A stretch of 63,110 nt of DNA, filler included, from Octopus bimaculoides (lineage: Eukaryota), in the NCBI RefSeq assembly GCF_001194135.2. It is 4 parts of 4 records of this genome, joined end to end, with 100 filler letters (N's around TTAATTAATTAA, not from the genome) between each part and the next. Parts side by side here need not be neighbours in the genome. Positions count along the whole stretch, not along the records: positions 38,670 to 63,110 come from NC_068982.1; 3 more parts are not named here. The stretch is one strand, 5' to 3'. The translations under genes and the position numbers were made by a program. The notes under the pieces are model-generated. The model saw only the letters and a program-made list of their open reading frames with translations, was not told the origin of the DNA and searched no databases. Of the stretch, positions 38,991-52,712 are shown piece by piece. The stretch's first letter is position 1. Every line of letters starts with the position of its first letter.

Positions 38991-39569
38991 AATAATAATA
39001 ATAATGATAATAATAATCTCATATACAGATACAAACGCACATATATGCAATGAATGATTATATACATATATATATATACACACATATACACACGCACACA
39101 CACAAGTGTACACTTGTCATCAAGAATTCAGTCCGTTTTAAAAGTAAAAAAATTGTTCAACAAAACAAATGGAAAAGCCACTGATAAGTGTTAGAAATTG
39201 AGTAAATATATATATATACACAGAATCGAAGCACTTGAATAGATACAGTTGCAATGTCTTGGTTGAAAATAGTATCACCCACGATATATACATGTGTTGG
39301 GGGGGGGCAGCAGAGAGAGACAGAGAGACAGAGATAGAGAAAGATAAAAAGAGAAAGTATGAAACATCTACTTTTGCATGATTACATGGATCAAGCAGAT
39401 TTCGTACAGCCGGATGCCTCCGCCATCGCCAAATCTTACCTCTTTCCAAATAGGGGAATATTCTACAATGACAAAACATGATTACGTGGAAGATTGAAAA
39501 CAAAGAACACCACATACATGTCAGTGACACTGGCTTACAGCTACTACAATGACACAGTAAATCACTGGA

Positions 39570-39740
39570 CCGCTGAAATCTACAATTTTTTTTTTTCATT
39601 CTCTCTCTGTTTATTTTCTCTTATTCCCTTTCTGTTGAAGAGCGTAAGCTCGAAACGTAAAAGAATTTTTCATTTTCCCGAGCGTCAAACTAATACACTT
39701 GCTTGTTGTTCATGCACTTGTCTTCGTCTTTAGTTAATCT
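39570..39740 (+). mobile_element. Hammerhead-like element, diverged copy B
   Basis: ctttCTGTTGAaGAGCgtaaGCTCGAAACGTaaaag..ttcccgagcgtcaaactaatac. Confidence 0.7.
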
Positions 39741-39754
39741 ATAAATTTCAACAC

Positions 39755-40012
39755 CACTGACGAGAAGATTCAGCAAGCTCGAGAGATGGTAATGGTGAAC
39801 CGGATCAGCGTTACCATCTCTCAGATCACTGCTTTTTGTTCTTTTTTGGTGCGCATTACTAGTGGAGAAGCCATGCTTAAACTGTAAATGCAGAAAGGAA
39901 AATGTCGCGATCAGGTTTAAACGTGGTTGACGTGACCACAATAGTACCAAATATAAGCACGCATGAGCAGAAAGCAGTGTGACAATAATAAAGATTTGAC
40001 TTCCGTTCGTGT
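39755..40012 (-). mobile_element. Rearranged mariner 5' fragment
   Basis: Minus strand MASPLVMRTKKEQKAVI joined to a plus-strand TDEKIQQAREMVMVNR segment. Confidence 0.65.
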
Positions 40013-40344
40013 ATATATATATATATATATATATATAGACATGCATATTTTTATCTATTCATATGATATATAAACGTAGATAACAATACATATATACACA
40101 CCTATGTATATATGTGTATATACACATATATATATATACATATATTCCTATCTACCCATATACATACACGCATACATACATAGACACACACATAAATAGA
40201 TATGGTGAGCTTCTTTCAGTTTCCTATCTCAAATATACGCACAAGGCTTTGGTCGGCCCTGGGCTATAACAGAAAACATGCTCAAAGTGCTTATCTCTTG
40301 TTCTGTACATGTTTGTATGTATGTGTGTGTATGCTATATTTTAT

Positions 40345-40760
40345 TTTGTTTCAGTCATTAGACTGCGGCCATGCTTGTGCACCGACTTGAATTTTTTTGT
40401 CGAACAAATTGACCCCAGTACATATTTTTCACCCAGCACCTACTGTAGTAGTTTCTTTTTGCTGAACCGCTTGGTTAAGAAAACATAAACAAACCAAAAC
40501 CGTTTATCAAGTAGTTGTGATGGGTGAACACAGACAGAAATACACACACACACACACACACATATACACATATATCTATATGTATGTATGTATACATATA
40601 CTGGGCTTCCTTTACTTTCCGGCTACCATATCGACCCAGAAAGCTTTTGTCGCCTCGGTGCTATAGTACACGACACCTACATAAGTTGTCACGCAGTGGA
40701 ACTGAACTCACAGTCACATTGTATACAAGCAAACTACTTTCCACACAGCCATACACACAC
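40345..40760 (-). mobile_element. tRNA-derived SINE (a partial copy precedes it at ~40200-40290)
   Basis: gactgcggccatgct..tgtcacgcagtggaactgaactc..cttccacacagcc-like head. Confidence 0.8.
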
Positions 40761-40860
40761 ATATGCACACATATGTACATATATACCCTCATACATGCAT
40801 GTTATCCTTTACTTCGAAAAAAGAAGAAGGTTTAGCCTTAGCGAGGACATATATATCTCC

Positions 40861-40892
<32 letters not shown>

Positions 40893-42262
40893 NNNNNNNN
40901 NNNNNNNNNNNNNNNNNNNNNNNNNNNNNNNNNNNNNNNNNNNNNNNNNNNNNNNNNNNNNNNNNNNNNNNNNNNNNNNNNNNNNNNNNNNNNNNNNNNN
41001 NNNNNNNNNNNNNNNNNNNNNNNNNNNNNNNNNNNNNNNNNNNNNNNNNNNNNNNNNNNNNNNNNNNNNNNNNNNNNNNNNNNNNNNNNNNNNNNNNNNN
41101 NNNNNNNNNNNNNNNNNNNNNNNNNNNNNNNNNNNNNNNNNNNNNNNNNNNNNNNNNNNNNNNNNNNNNNNNNNNNNNNNNNNNNNNNNNNNNNNNNNNN
41201 NNNNNNNNNNNNNNNNNNNNNNNNNNNNNNNNNNNNNNNNNNNNNNNNNNNNNNNNNNNNNNNNNNNNNNNNNNNNNNNNNNNNNNNNNNNNNNNNNNNN
41301 NNNNNNNNNNNNNNNNNNNNNNNNNNNNNNNNNNNNNNNNNNNNNNNNNNNNNNNNNNNNNNNNNNNNNNNNNNNNNNNNNNNNNNNNNNNNNNNNNNNN
41401 NNNNNNNNNNNNNNNNNNNNNNNNNNNNNNNNNNNNNNNNNNNNNNNNNNNNNNNNNNNNNNNNNNNNNNNNNNNNNNNNNNNNNNNNNNNNNNNNNNNN
41501 NNNNNNNNNNNNNNNNNNNNNNNNNNNNNNNNNNNNNNNNNNNNNNNNNNNNNNNNNNNNNNNNNNNNNNNNNNNNNNNNNNNNNNNNNNNNNNNNNNNN
41601 NNNNNNNNNNNNNNNNNNNNNNNNNNNNNNNNNNNNNNNNNNNNNNNNNNNNNNNNNNNNNNNNNNNNNNNNNNNNNNNNNNNNNNNNNNNNNNNNNNNN
41701 NNNNNNNNNNNNNNNNNNNNNNNNNNNNNNNNNNNNNNNNNNNNNNNNNNNNNNNNNNNNNNNNNNNNNNNNNNNNNTTTACTATTAATACTGACACAAT
41801 TTACATTGGTCTATATGTCTCTTGTTGTAGTTTTAGTAAAGTTAGTGTTTAATCCTACCTATATATTGATTGATAGAAATAATGTGGTTATTAAGCTTTT
41901 ATTTTTACATTACACTACGGAAGTCGGTAGGGATTATAATTTTTTCTGACTTAATAGAGTAGTCGCTGTTTAGTTACGTATTTAGGAGTGGTTGTAATTT
42001 ACTGATGGAATTTATTTATCGATACGGTTGTACATTGAGCAAATGTGTTTGAAAGCTCTGGTTTCTTAGGTTTGTTTGTTCTCAAACAGCACGCATTTTG
42101 GTTCTGTTGACACCACCGGATTGAATGGTACTGCCCAGGTGTCGAAACCATAATTATATCCGTGAAGCAGCTGATGATGGAGGTATGTTGGATTGTTAGT
42201 ATGGCTGTGGAAGAGTATTATAGCACATCTTTTTGATATATATTTATATATATGTACAGACT

Positions 42263-42310
<48 letters not shown>

Positions 42311-42809
42311 AATGTGTATATATGTGTGCGTGTGTGTGTGTATGTTCACATATAAAACTTATAAACGTTGCGTGAGCGATAGTACTTTAAGAACAAAAGC
42401 GCTTAATATTTAATTTCATTTATATCTATGTGTGCGTGCACGCGTATGTGTGTGTCTGAGTGTGTGAGTATATGGCTGTGTGGTTGTGTCTGTGTCTGTG
42501 TCTGTGTGTGTTTGTTATGTGTGTGCGTGCGTGTGTGTGATCTCTGAGTGTGATACAGTTTAAAATGCCAACAACTTCAGATCGAAACATTTCATTGCAG
42601 TACACCATTTTTTAACATTTCCGACTCTAATTTATTATCCAGTAGCTTAATAACAGCACTGACTCCTGCAGAATTGAGTGGTCTCAATGATAATGACGTG
42701 AAACCACGATATTTTGGTTTCATTCACTGACGATGAAAATTCAGCTGCGAATTCAGCTGTGTTGTGTTCCGTCTTTTCAACCCTACATATACATATACAT
42801 ATATATGTC

Positions 42810-43010
42810 GCCATGATAGATCGCTGACCACAACATTCAAATTTTTTTCTCCGTGTTTTCTCCTTGTTTTTCTCCTTATTCTTTCTGTTGAAGAGCGTAG
42901 CTCGAAACGTTAAAGACTTTCTCTATTCCCGAGTGTTAAACTAATACATCTTTTTGTTGTTTACACCACCTGTCGTCGTCTGTTGTTGTTTTTTTTCGTA
43001 AATTTTCCCA
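42810..43010 (+). mobile_element. Hammerhead-like element, copy C, between TA-rich tracts
   Basis: tctttCTGTTGAaGAGCgtaGCTCGAAACGTtaaaga at 42880-42916. Confidence 0.78.
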
Positions 43011-43074
43011 TATATATATATATATATATATATATGGGTCATTATGTGGATAAACAAATTAAACACATTAAATA

Positions 43075-44235
43075 TCTATACTATATATAAAACAGAGATG
43101 TGTGTGTAATCGCTTTTCACGTGAAATCGACTTCACCAAATGCTTCCATACTTGTCATGCATGAATAATTTGACCTCGGATAAATCTTAGGCTCTTCATT
43201 TGATTTTTTTTAANNNNNNNNNNNNNNNNNNNNNNNNNNNNNNNNNNNNNNNNNNNNNNNNNNNNNNNNNNNNNNNNNNNNNNNNNNNNNNNNNNNNNNN
43301 NNNNNNNNNNNNNNNNNNNNNNNNNNNNNNNNNNNNNNNNNNNNNNNNNNNNNNNNNNNNNNNNNNNNNNNNNNNNNNNNNNNNNNNNNNNNNNNNNNNN
43401 NNNNNNNNNNNNNNNNNNNNNNNNNNNNNNNNNNNNNNNNNNNNNNNNNNNNNNNNNNNNNNNNNNNNNNNNNNNNNNNNNNNNNNNNNNNNNNNNNNNN
43501 NNNNNNNNNNNNNNNNNNNNNNNNNNNNNNNNNNNNNNNNNNNNNNNNNNNNNNNNNNNNNNNNNNNNNNNNNNNNNATATGCATACATCCAAAGATGTA
43601 TGTATATTTATGCATGTACGTATACATGACAACAAACCTCTCTCTCTCACTCACACTCTGTCTCTTACACACACACACACACATACATACATAAATGTAT
43701 ACAAACATATTTACAAAGACACACGTGTGTATGCGCGCGCGTGCGTGTTTGTAAGACACAGAGTGTGAGTGAGTCAAGGGCTGTGTTGTCATATGCATAC
43801 ATCCAAAGATGTATGTATATTTATGCATGTACGTATACATGACAACAAACCACTCTCTCTCACTCACACTCTGTCTCTTACAAACACACACATACATAAA
43901 TGTATACAAACATATTTACAAAGACACATGTTTGCGCGCGCGCGCGTGGGGGTTTCACAATCGCCATTTATTTCAATTAGTCTCGTGAGAATATTCACGT
44001 AAATCATTTCTTTCATTTAATCCCCATTTTAATTTTCGTAAAAGTTTCCAAGTACCAATGAGGCTTTTTGGCACATCTTCAATTTTCCCCATTCACGAGA
44101 GGCGCCCAGCCATCATTCATCTGAGAGTCCATCTACAGAATGTCCTCAAATTTCTATACAGCATATTTCGCCTTCTTTTCTTCAAGTATATAAGCAACAA
44201 TTTCATTCCCGAGCAACGCCGGGTGCCTCTGCTAG
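43075..44235 (+). mobile_element. Complete non-autonomous Helitron with ~213-bp internal tandem repeats (contains an N gap)
   Basis: A|TCTATACTATATATAAAA 5' end; cccgagcaacgccggg hairpin; CTAG (44232-44235)|T; repeat period 43581 to 43794. Confidence 0.87.
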
Positions 44236-44814
44236 TATTAAATATATTAAATATAATTCAGATATAAAATACACAATATGCATATATGTATACATGAGAA
44301 ACAAGAGAAAGCAAAAGGTGAAAATTTTACATGATATATTTTTAAGTATGAATATATAGATATTTATTTTATATTAATAGTTCCATCTTACACAGAGTTA
44401 CGTGTACCGACATTATTATAGATCTCCGAACCCCAGAAATAAGTTTTGGACTTATAACACCTTTCTTCCATTTAATTTTGTCTGTCGTTTGTGCTCTGTG
44501 CAAGTTGGACCTGTTAATATAGATATCTATATATTTACACTTAAAAATGTGCATGTACACATATACGCGTATTTTGTATTTCATACCCAAGCTATTATAT
44601 TTAATATATTTAATATACTTAATGTGTCTATTTTTTTTATCCGCATAACTGCTTCTATACCCGCTAAACTAGATTTCTCGTACAGTCTTTCTTTACTTTG
44701 TGGAATCGATCCCCTGTAAACAAATCGGAGTCTAATTTTGAATCTTTTGAATACTATTAAATGTCGTTTATACGGAGAATCTCTTGATCTCCGTACACGC
44801 GTACGTACATACAT

Positions 44815-44894
<80 letters not shown>

Positions 44895-45563
44895 CGTGTG
44901 CGTGTGTGTATTTCTGGGGGTATAGTTTGTCAATTAAGCAAATAATGTTTATTGGCTCTATGAGGCCATTCAGATCATCAAATAACGAGTGCGCGAAGGA
45001 ACTATTTTGTGCGTTAATACATAGCTAATAAACATGATTATCTTTCATTATAGTTTTCAATGAAAGTAATCTTTCACGTTGCGTGCAGCTCTGGTAAAAA
45101 TTTTCAAGTGTATTTGAATGAAGAGAGATATAAACAAATATATTCCTGTTTTTTCTACCCGATTAATATAGCATTTCTATAATGTTATAAATGAATAAGT
45201 CATATCTCATTTTGGTTTGTTTATTTCGGCACGAAAAACATTAGTGGTTGACGGAAAAATTCTGCAAGTTTACTAGAGAATGTAGAGCATTTTTTTTTTA
45301 GATAATTACTAACCACTATAGGTTTATGACAAGAGGAAATTAGAAGTTTTAAGATTCATAAAACTTCTGTTGGCATTCGTGATGCAACTGAATATAATTA
45401 GCTCCAAACGGAAGCATGTTTAGATTACCGGAAGTATATTTTAACTCAATTTTAAACAGCTCAGCGTAACTGAAACCACCGCAATTAGGCTGTTTTAAAA
45501 AAACACACACACACATAGATAAATAGATATATAGATAGATAGATAGATAGATACATACATACA

Positions 45564-45637
<74 letters not shown>

Positions 45638-46287
45638 GTTGTACACGCCAGAATGAGTGGATTGCTTTTTCTTTTTTCAGTGATTCTTCCCGATTTTGCG
45701 TTAACTTTCTTTCATTTTCTTGCTGTTTTAATTATTTTACCTTCCCACTCTATTATTACCTCTATCTCGCTCCTATATATCGTTATTTTTTCCCTTTTAC
45801 CTCCCTCCCCCCTCTCTCTCTCTCTCACTCACACACACATACATAGAGGAATCTCTTTCCCACTCTCCTTCTGCTATTTTATGTCATTATCTCTGTTATT
45901 CTTGCTTCTAATTGAAGAGTATTATTTTCTTTTCACCTCGCCTATATTATGCACGATATCATTTCTTTTGTCATTCTTCATTCTCTTTTTCTTATCCCTC
46001 CGTACATTTCCCTCTCTGCTCCCATGACTTCCCACCTTACAAGAGCCTAACTGATGGTCATATATTACATACGGTTGTACATCCATGGCTCATTGAGAGT
46101 GATGCAACGTTATATTTTGGGGAAAACCCTAAACTTTGATAGAACGATAAATTTGAAATCCTGAATGTTCTCACTTAAGAACTTAGGATCGCCCGAACAT
46201 ATTTTAGTCTCGCCACATAACGTGTAGCGTCATCCCTCTCCTATGAGTTCATATGAGCAATACGAAACATTAAGGAAAAGAATAATA

Positions 46288-47185
46288 TACAGGGTGCGAT
46301 GAATATATTGTCGTTGAAATTATGCAAAGATGAAAATGACAGTGACATCTCATTTTAACAGATATATTTACCAAATTACGTAAAGATATCTTGAAATACT
46401 AAAGAGTAAATCTATTCAATAAAATCGCCATTGGCTTCAACCATGGCCTCCAGACGACTTTGGAATCTCCTGCAACTCTTCTGGATTGTCTCCTTGTTTA
46501 AGTTGGTGAATGCTGCCATAGTCCTTACCTTCGGCTCATCTTAAGTGTTACAAGGAGTTTTGTTGGTCTCTCGTTCAAGTGTGCCCCATACATAATAATC
46601 AAGGGGGTTGCAGTTTGGGGAGTTAATTAGCCAGATTTTAGGGGTGATATGACCGCATAAATTGTCCAACAGCCATGACTGGGTTCTCCTGCTTGTGTGG
46701 CATGGTGCCGAGTCATGTTGCCAGATATAGGGTCTTCCAACAGCCACTCTCTTCACCCAGGGCAGCACTACCTCGTACAGGCACTTGACGTAGGCCTACG
46801 TGTTGAGTTTGAGGCTGTGTGGGAAGGTGAATGGAAGCATAACGTTGCCATCACTAGTGATCACTCCAACACCATGATGTTGACTATTTGTTTGATTTTT
46901 ATCACTTTCGATACATGTCCTGGGAACACGGCAAGCCAAACTGATGTGCTGTGTGTTCACCATCTGTTCGTATTGGAGCTTCCGGTGCGAATGCCAAGTA
47001 AGCAGTACAGAATGTCATTTCCAAATTTCTGGCAGAATGAATTGTGTCATGGTAGTACTTTTTCTCACAGACAGTGCCCAACTGATTCTACTATACTGTG
47101 CAGTCGTTATCATTTATAGTGTCTCGTCCGAAAGAGGGTTTGTGCAAGACACTGACTGTTTTTTTTTGTTATTATCTTACCCAAC
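46288..47185 (-). mobile_element. maT (DD37D) element, internally deleted
   Basis: TA|CAGGGTGCG end; WQHDSAPCH..NPLDYYVWG with 37 residues between D2 and D3; N-terminal MTQFILPEIWK fused to the core with D1 missing; other TIR only degenerate near 47165-47182. Confidence 0.87.
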
Positions 47186-48103
47186 TTCGTCACTTTAAGA
47201 AAGGAAATGAAACTGAGGAGAGATGTCCTTTGGAGATGACATATATGTCGGTGTTACCAATTCTCGCATCCAGTGAGAAGAATGAATTCAATCTTTTCTT
47301 CGGATTAACGCGTATTCAATCTTCAGAAGAAAAAAAATATAAGTATATTTGTGATCTTTCCCATGTATCTGGGCATTAAGGTCACTATGTTGTTTTTTTT
47401 TTACATAACAATAACTGAAAGAAAATATATCTTATTTCTTTCGAAAAGATAGGACGGTCTAAATTTGTAGGACAACATCACTTCTTATTTACATATATAC
47501 AGATAAAAGATACCCAGACTGATATTGACGGGGTAGTAGGTAGAATAAAAGATGTACTGTGAGAAAAAGGGCAGTGGGAGAGACGATAAGATAGTATATA
47601 ATGTTGGTAGTGATAGTGATGACGCAGACAAGATTCTACAACAATTGTTATGCTATAAGCAAGTATTGATTAGTCTGTGCTATACAACATAAGGAAATAT
47701 AGCAAAATATATTTTATGAGATGTGCATATGTATGTGTAGTGGGTTAGGGGTAGATAAACACGCGATAACCACAAAAATCATATAACAATACGTCTAATC
47801 AAAGCAAGTATTCACTAAGAAACAAAGAGTTCTCTGGAACGTGTTAGAAATTAGTTGGTGATTCTGATATTACTTCCTTCTTCGTCTCTTGTGAAAGGGA
47901 ACAAAAATCAATCGCTTACGAGGAACTGCAATTTGACAAAATCGTACGGTGTAACGAAGTAAGTGCACTAATATACAAGTGAGAAATATGTTGTAATACC
48001 AACGAAGTGATATATCTCCGAATATGACATTGAATTAAAACAAAAAGAGGATGAACGCGTCAAAGAACAACTTTCATATTATACAGATAGTCGCAGGTTA
48101 CGC

Positions 48104-48136
<33 letters not shown>

Positions 48137-48252
48137 TATACGTATGTATGTATATGTGTATATATGTATATATAAGANNNNNNNNNNNNNNNNNNNNNNN
48201 NNNNNNNNNNNNNNNNNNNNNNNNNNNNNNNNNNNNNNNNNNNNNNNNNNNN

Positions 48253-48307
<55 letters not shown>

Positions 48308-48589
48308 TGTATATATATATACATATATGTACATATACATACATACACATATATATATATATACATATACATCTATATATATGTATATGTATGTATGTAT
48401 GTATGTATACGTGCAGGTGCAGATTTGTATGTTTTGTGTATATCTTCTCATGCATATACTTGATATATGTATGCATGTATATATAATATATTGGAGTATA
48501 TCCTCGCTTTGTTGTATGTAATGAGTGACAAGTTCTTTGAAATATTAGATTTATGTTGTCTGACTTTTATCTTTTATTTTCTATTTGTT

Positions 48590-48905
48590 TTGGGTATTGG
48601 ACTTCATCCATGCTGGGGCACTGCCTTGAAAAGTCTAGTGGAAACAAAGGGCACCAATAGCTGTTTTTTTTTAATATCCTGTACTTATTCTGTTGTTCTT
48701 TTGCAAAGTTGTGGGAGCGAAGACCAACACAAACATGACACAGACTTGTAGAAACAAACAGAACGCACAAGCGCACTTTCACACAAAAGCGCGCACATAC
48801 ACACACGAACACACACGCACACACACGCACATATCTGCGCTCGAGTCGAGGCTATAATAGAAGACACCACACAATGGGATTGACACGAATCCATGTGATT
48901 GGGAA
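48590..48905 (-). mobile_element. tRNA-derived SINE, diverged
   Basis: catgctggggcactgcc..gaggctataatagaagacac..gtgattgggaag. Confidence 0.72.
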
Positions 48906-49181
48906 GGAAAACGTTGTTTAAATATTCTTTCCGTTATACTTATATAATGTTTACATACGATATTAGGGTTTCCTTTCGTTTGCTTTGGTTTCCTTGCGTT
49001 ACATGTGTTTACGTTAGATTCATGTGTAAATTTGTATAAGCGCAGTAAGATTGATTAATTGGTCTGTGTCGCGTTAGAATCAATTGTATTAGTTAAAGGA
49101 GGCTTAGTGTACACAAAGCATGCATTTTCTCTCCTCTACCTATGTGTCTCTATATAGACACACAGGCATAAGTGTGCGCGG

Positions 49182-49262
<81 letters not shown>

Positions 49263-49307
49263 NNNNNNNNNNNNNNNNNNNNNNNNNNNNNNNNNNNNNN
49301 NNNNNNN

Positions 49308-49389
<82 letters not shown>

Positions 49390-49699
49390 TCTGAATGTAT
49401 GAAATATATGTAGCATTTTTTTTTTGTAGTTTCATCTCAGAGCTGTGACCATGCTGATGCACAGTTACTGTTTACAAAACGATAAGCTAGCGACAAGCAT
49501 TATCTAAAAACAGAAGCGAAACATAAATTACTTGAAATGTAATAAAAATCAGAGTGAATATAACGTCAATGTTTCGACGGCAACTGAACGTCGGGCATTA
49601 AGGAGAAAAAGTAAGTGGATGGTGAAAATGTATATACATACACGCATATACATATATACTTACAAGCATATTCCCCAGACCAGGCCAGCCCCTAAACTG

Positions 49700-50071
49700 T
49701 TTGCTGAAACACCTTGATACATGTTGGGAGGCAGTGACATGAGTTATCTAAACCGGAAATCTTTTGTGCAATCCCTGTAATCTTCCTTCATTTCTTCATG
49801 TCTTTTCAAGGATCTCTCTACAACTAACATGGAATGCATGTTTTTCTTGAAGCCGTGATCTTGAAGCCGTGATCTTGAAGCCGTGATCTCGGTATGTTCA
49901 TGTTGCTGCAGCAGCAATCACTTTTTATATGGCAGCAAAAGTTATGTGTTCCTGTGAACTATAATGTATAAGTCTCTCGTAATACTTGTTATATTTAGAT
50001 TTCATTCCTTCATAAGTTACAAACTGAATAACACCGTGCGAAACCCCAAAGACACCTGGTATAAAACCCTT
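49700..50071 (-). pseudogene. SLC25A32: Mitochondrial folate carrier (SLC25A32-like) C-terminal pseudogene fragment, probably a retrocopy
   Basis: KGFIPGVFGVSHGVIQFVTYEGMKSKYN..FAAI*KVIAAAAT*..RSRLQE..KT*RNEG..GLHK aligns by eye with SLC25A32 [42 protein letters not shown]..GFYKG. In-frame stops present, no introns. Confidence 0.85.
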
Positions 50072-52510
50072 ATTAATCATATATGTATATGTATGTATAC
50101 GCGCAGTAACAAACACATAGAATGCGAACATTAAAAATTTACAAATCACATGCAATAATACAAACGTTTGCATCTCAGAATAATTTTCTTGAATGTAAAG
50201 AGCACTACTAAATTTCTATGGCTGCGGAACGGATGGTTTAAACCAGCAATTGAGGAAAGTAAGATTTAATGACCAACGACAATGAATGTGTGCTTATATA
50301 GAAAGAGAAGGGAAGATAATGATGCAAATAAACACTATACACGCTTGGGATTGATATATAAAATATAGATACATATATACATGTAAATATATATAGGGAT
50401 ATATATATATATATAGAAGCAAAAACTTAAAATATTCAGATGAACGTTCATGTATATGCATATAGATGTTTATACATTTATGGAACAGGTTTATATGGTG
50501 TATAAAAAATAAAGAAAACTAAGCGGGGAGGGTATGGTAATTCAGGTCCGACAACTGTTTCTAGGGGTTCAGAATTGCGTTTTAATATTGGCAGATGGAG
50601 AGAGTGAAACTTCAAGAATATGCAACTTGTAGTGAAAGCATATTACCATTACCGTAAAATAGGCTTCCGTCTTCAAGATGGAGAAATTGGCGTCTAACGT
50701 TTCACATCATAATGCAGGGAAATTTAAGGGTAGAATGGGTGACGAAGAAGGAAAAAAAGGAGTAGGTGGAAGGAAAAAGGGGTTGGTGGGAATCTTGACG
50801 CCCAAGCGTGTTTATTTGTTTATTTGCACCATTATCTCCATATCAACTAACCTGGATTCTTCTATAGCCAATCTTTACTCTGCGGACCTAGCCCTCGACA
50901 AAGATTTCGGAGTGTATATTCAAATATAAAGATGAAAAAAGTGAAGTTGAAATAAATAACAGATATTGGAATACGGAAAAAAAATCAATGTAGGGGAGAT
51001 AAATGAGCTGAGAATGAAAATAGTAAATAAAGGATTTATATTATATATGTGTTGTTATGTTATATATATGTTGTTATCTTATCTATATGTTGTTATATAT
51101 ATGTTGTTATGTTATACAGTAACTATGTTTTAGCATAAATAAAAGTTATGAGGTAAGAAACTAGCTTGGTATAATGGTATTAGGGTAGTATTAATATCCA
51201 AGTAATAGAAGTGTATTGTGTAATATGAATATAAGAGGCACGAGTATGGGGGTGCACCTAAATATACAAAAAAAATTATACATATCAGAGAAAAAGTTAT
51301 CTTATAAGGAAAAAACTGTTAGTATATTTACTCATACGAGATGAGGCATATTTGCACATTAGTATACATAGATATAGGAATTCTAGTTGTTTTCTGATTA
51401 GGGTATACATAAAAGAATAAAAAAACACCGTACAAATATGTATAGACACTCATACCAGTGCAAATACAGAAAAGGCACATACATGTAGATATAAATACAT
51501 ACATATATTTTTAAAAAGTAGTATTTATATATGTGTATGCGAAACATACGTATATACGCAGATACACACGTTCATATTAAACGATACATGTTAGTGAAAA
51601 CATATAGTAAATAAACAGAAAATAATAGATATACACACACAGATGACATATAAGATCCATACCTAGATATGCACACATAGTTGTAGACATGCAGGACACC
51701 AAGAAGCACTAAATGTGCATACATGTTTGCATATATCAATAGTAAAATATATTTAATTATCCGATATAGTGACAAGTAACGTAAACCAGTAATAGTTAGA
51801 ATGGGTATGTTGAGTGGGTTTAAATGGACACATTATGCAAATAAAATAAAATACAAAAAATTATAGGTATATTATACACTAAGGAAAGATGTAATTTTAA
51901 AAAAACAAATTCAGAGAAAGGGAGGTGTAGGGAGAGATATATAAAGTGTTGGCCCCATATATGGTGGGTCATGCAATTGTTAGAAGGAAATGTTAAATAA
52001 AAAAAACATCAAGATAGTATAAGATATAGTACTGTAAAGTGAATGTGATAAGTAATTGTATTCCAGAGAAAAAGATAATATATAGAAATATCTTAAACAA
52101 ACACCATGAACTAATCTAAGCAAGTGCGGGGTGAGGAATTATTATATCATATATATATATNNNNNNNNNNNNNNNNNNNNNNNNNNNNNNNNNNNNNNNN
52201 NNNNNNNNNNNNNNNNNNNNNNNNNNNNNNNNNNNNNNNNNNNNNNNNNNNNNNNNNNNNNNNNNNNNNNNNNNNNNNNNNNNNNNNNNNNNNNNNNNNN
52301 NNNNNNNNNNNNNNNNNNNNNNNNNNNNNNNNNNNNNNNNNNNNNNNNNNNNNNNNNNNNNNNNNNNNNNNNNNNNNNNNNNNNNNNNNNNNNNNNNNNN
52401 NNNNNNNNNTATATATATATATATATATATATATATGGTGGGAGGAAGAGAGAGAGTTTTACATTTTTCTGTCCAAATGTCTTTTTCAAAACAATATTTA
52501 CGTCTTATTA

Positions 52511-52712
52511 AGGCATTGAGCTGGCAGAATCGTTAGCACGCCGGGCGAAATGCTTAACGATATTTCGTCTGTCTTTACGTTCTGAGTTCAAATTCCGCCG
52601 ATGTCGACTTTGCCATTCGTCCTTTCAGGGTTGATAAATTAAGTACCAGTTGCGTATTGGGGTCGATATAATCGACTTGCCTCCTCCCCAACCATTTCAA
52701 GCCTTTTCCACG
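52511..52712 (+). mobile_element. tRNA-derived CORE-type SINE
   Basis: A box tggcagaatcg, B box gagttcaaattcc (52584-52596), core-like ctttgccattcgtcctttcagggttgataa. Confidence 0.85.
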
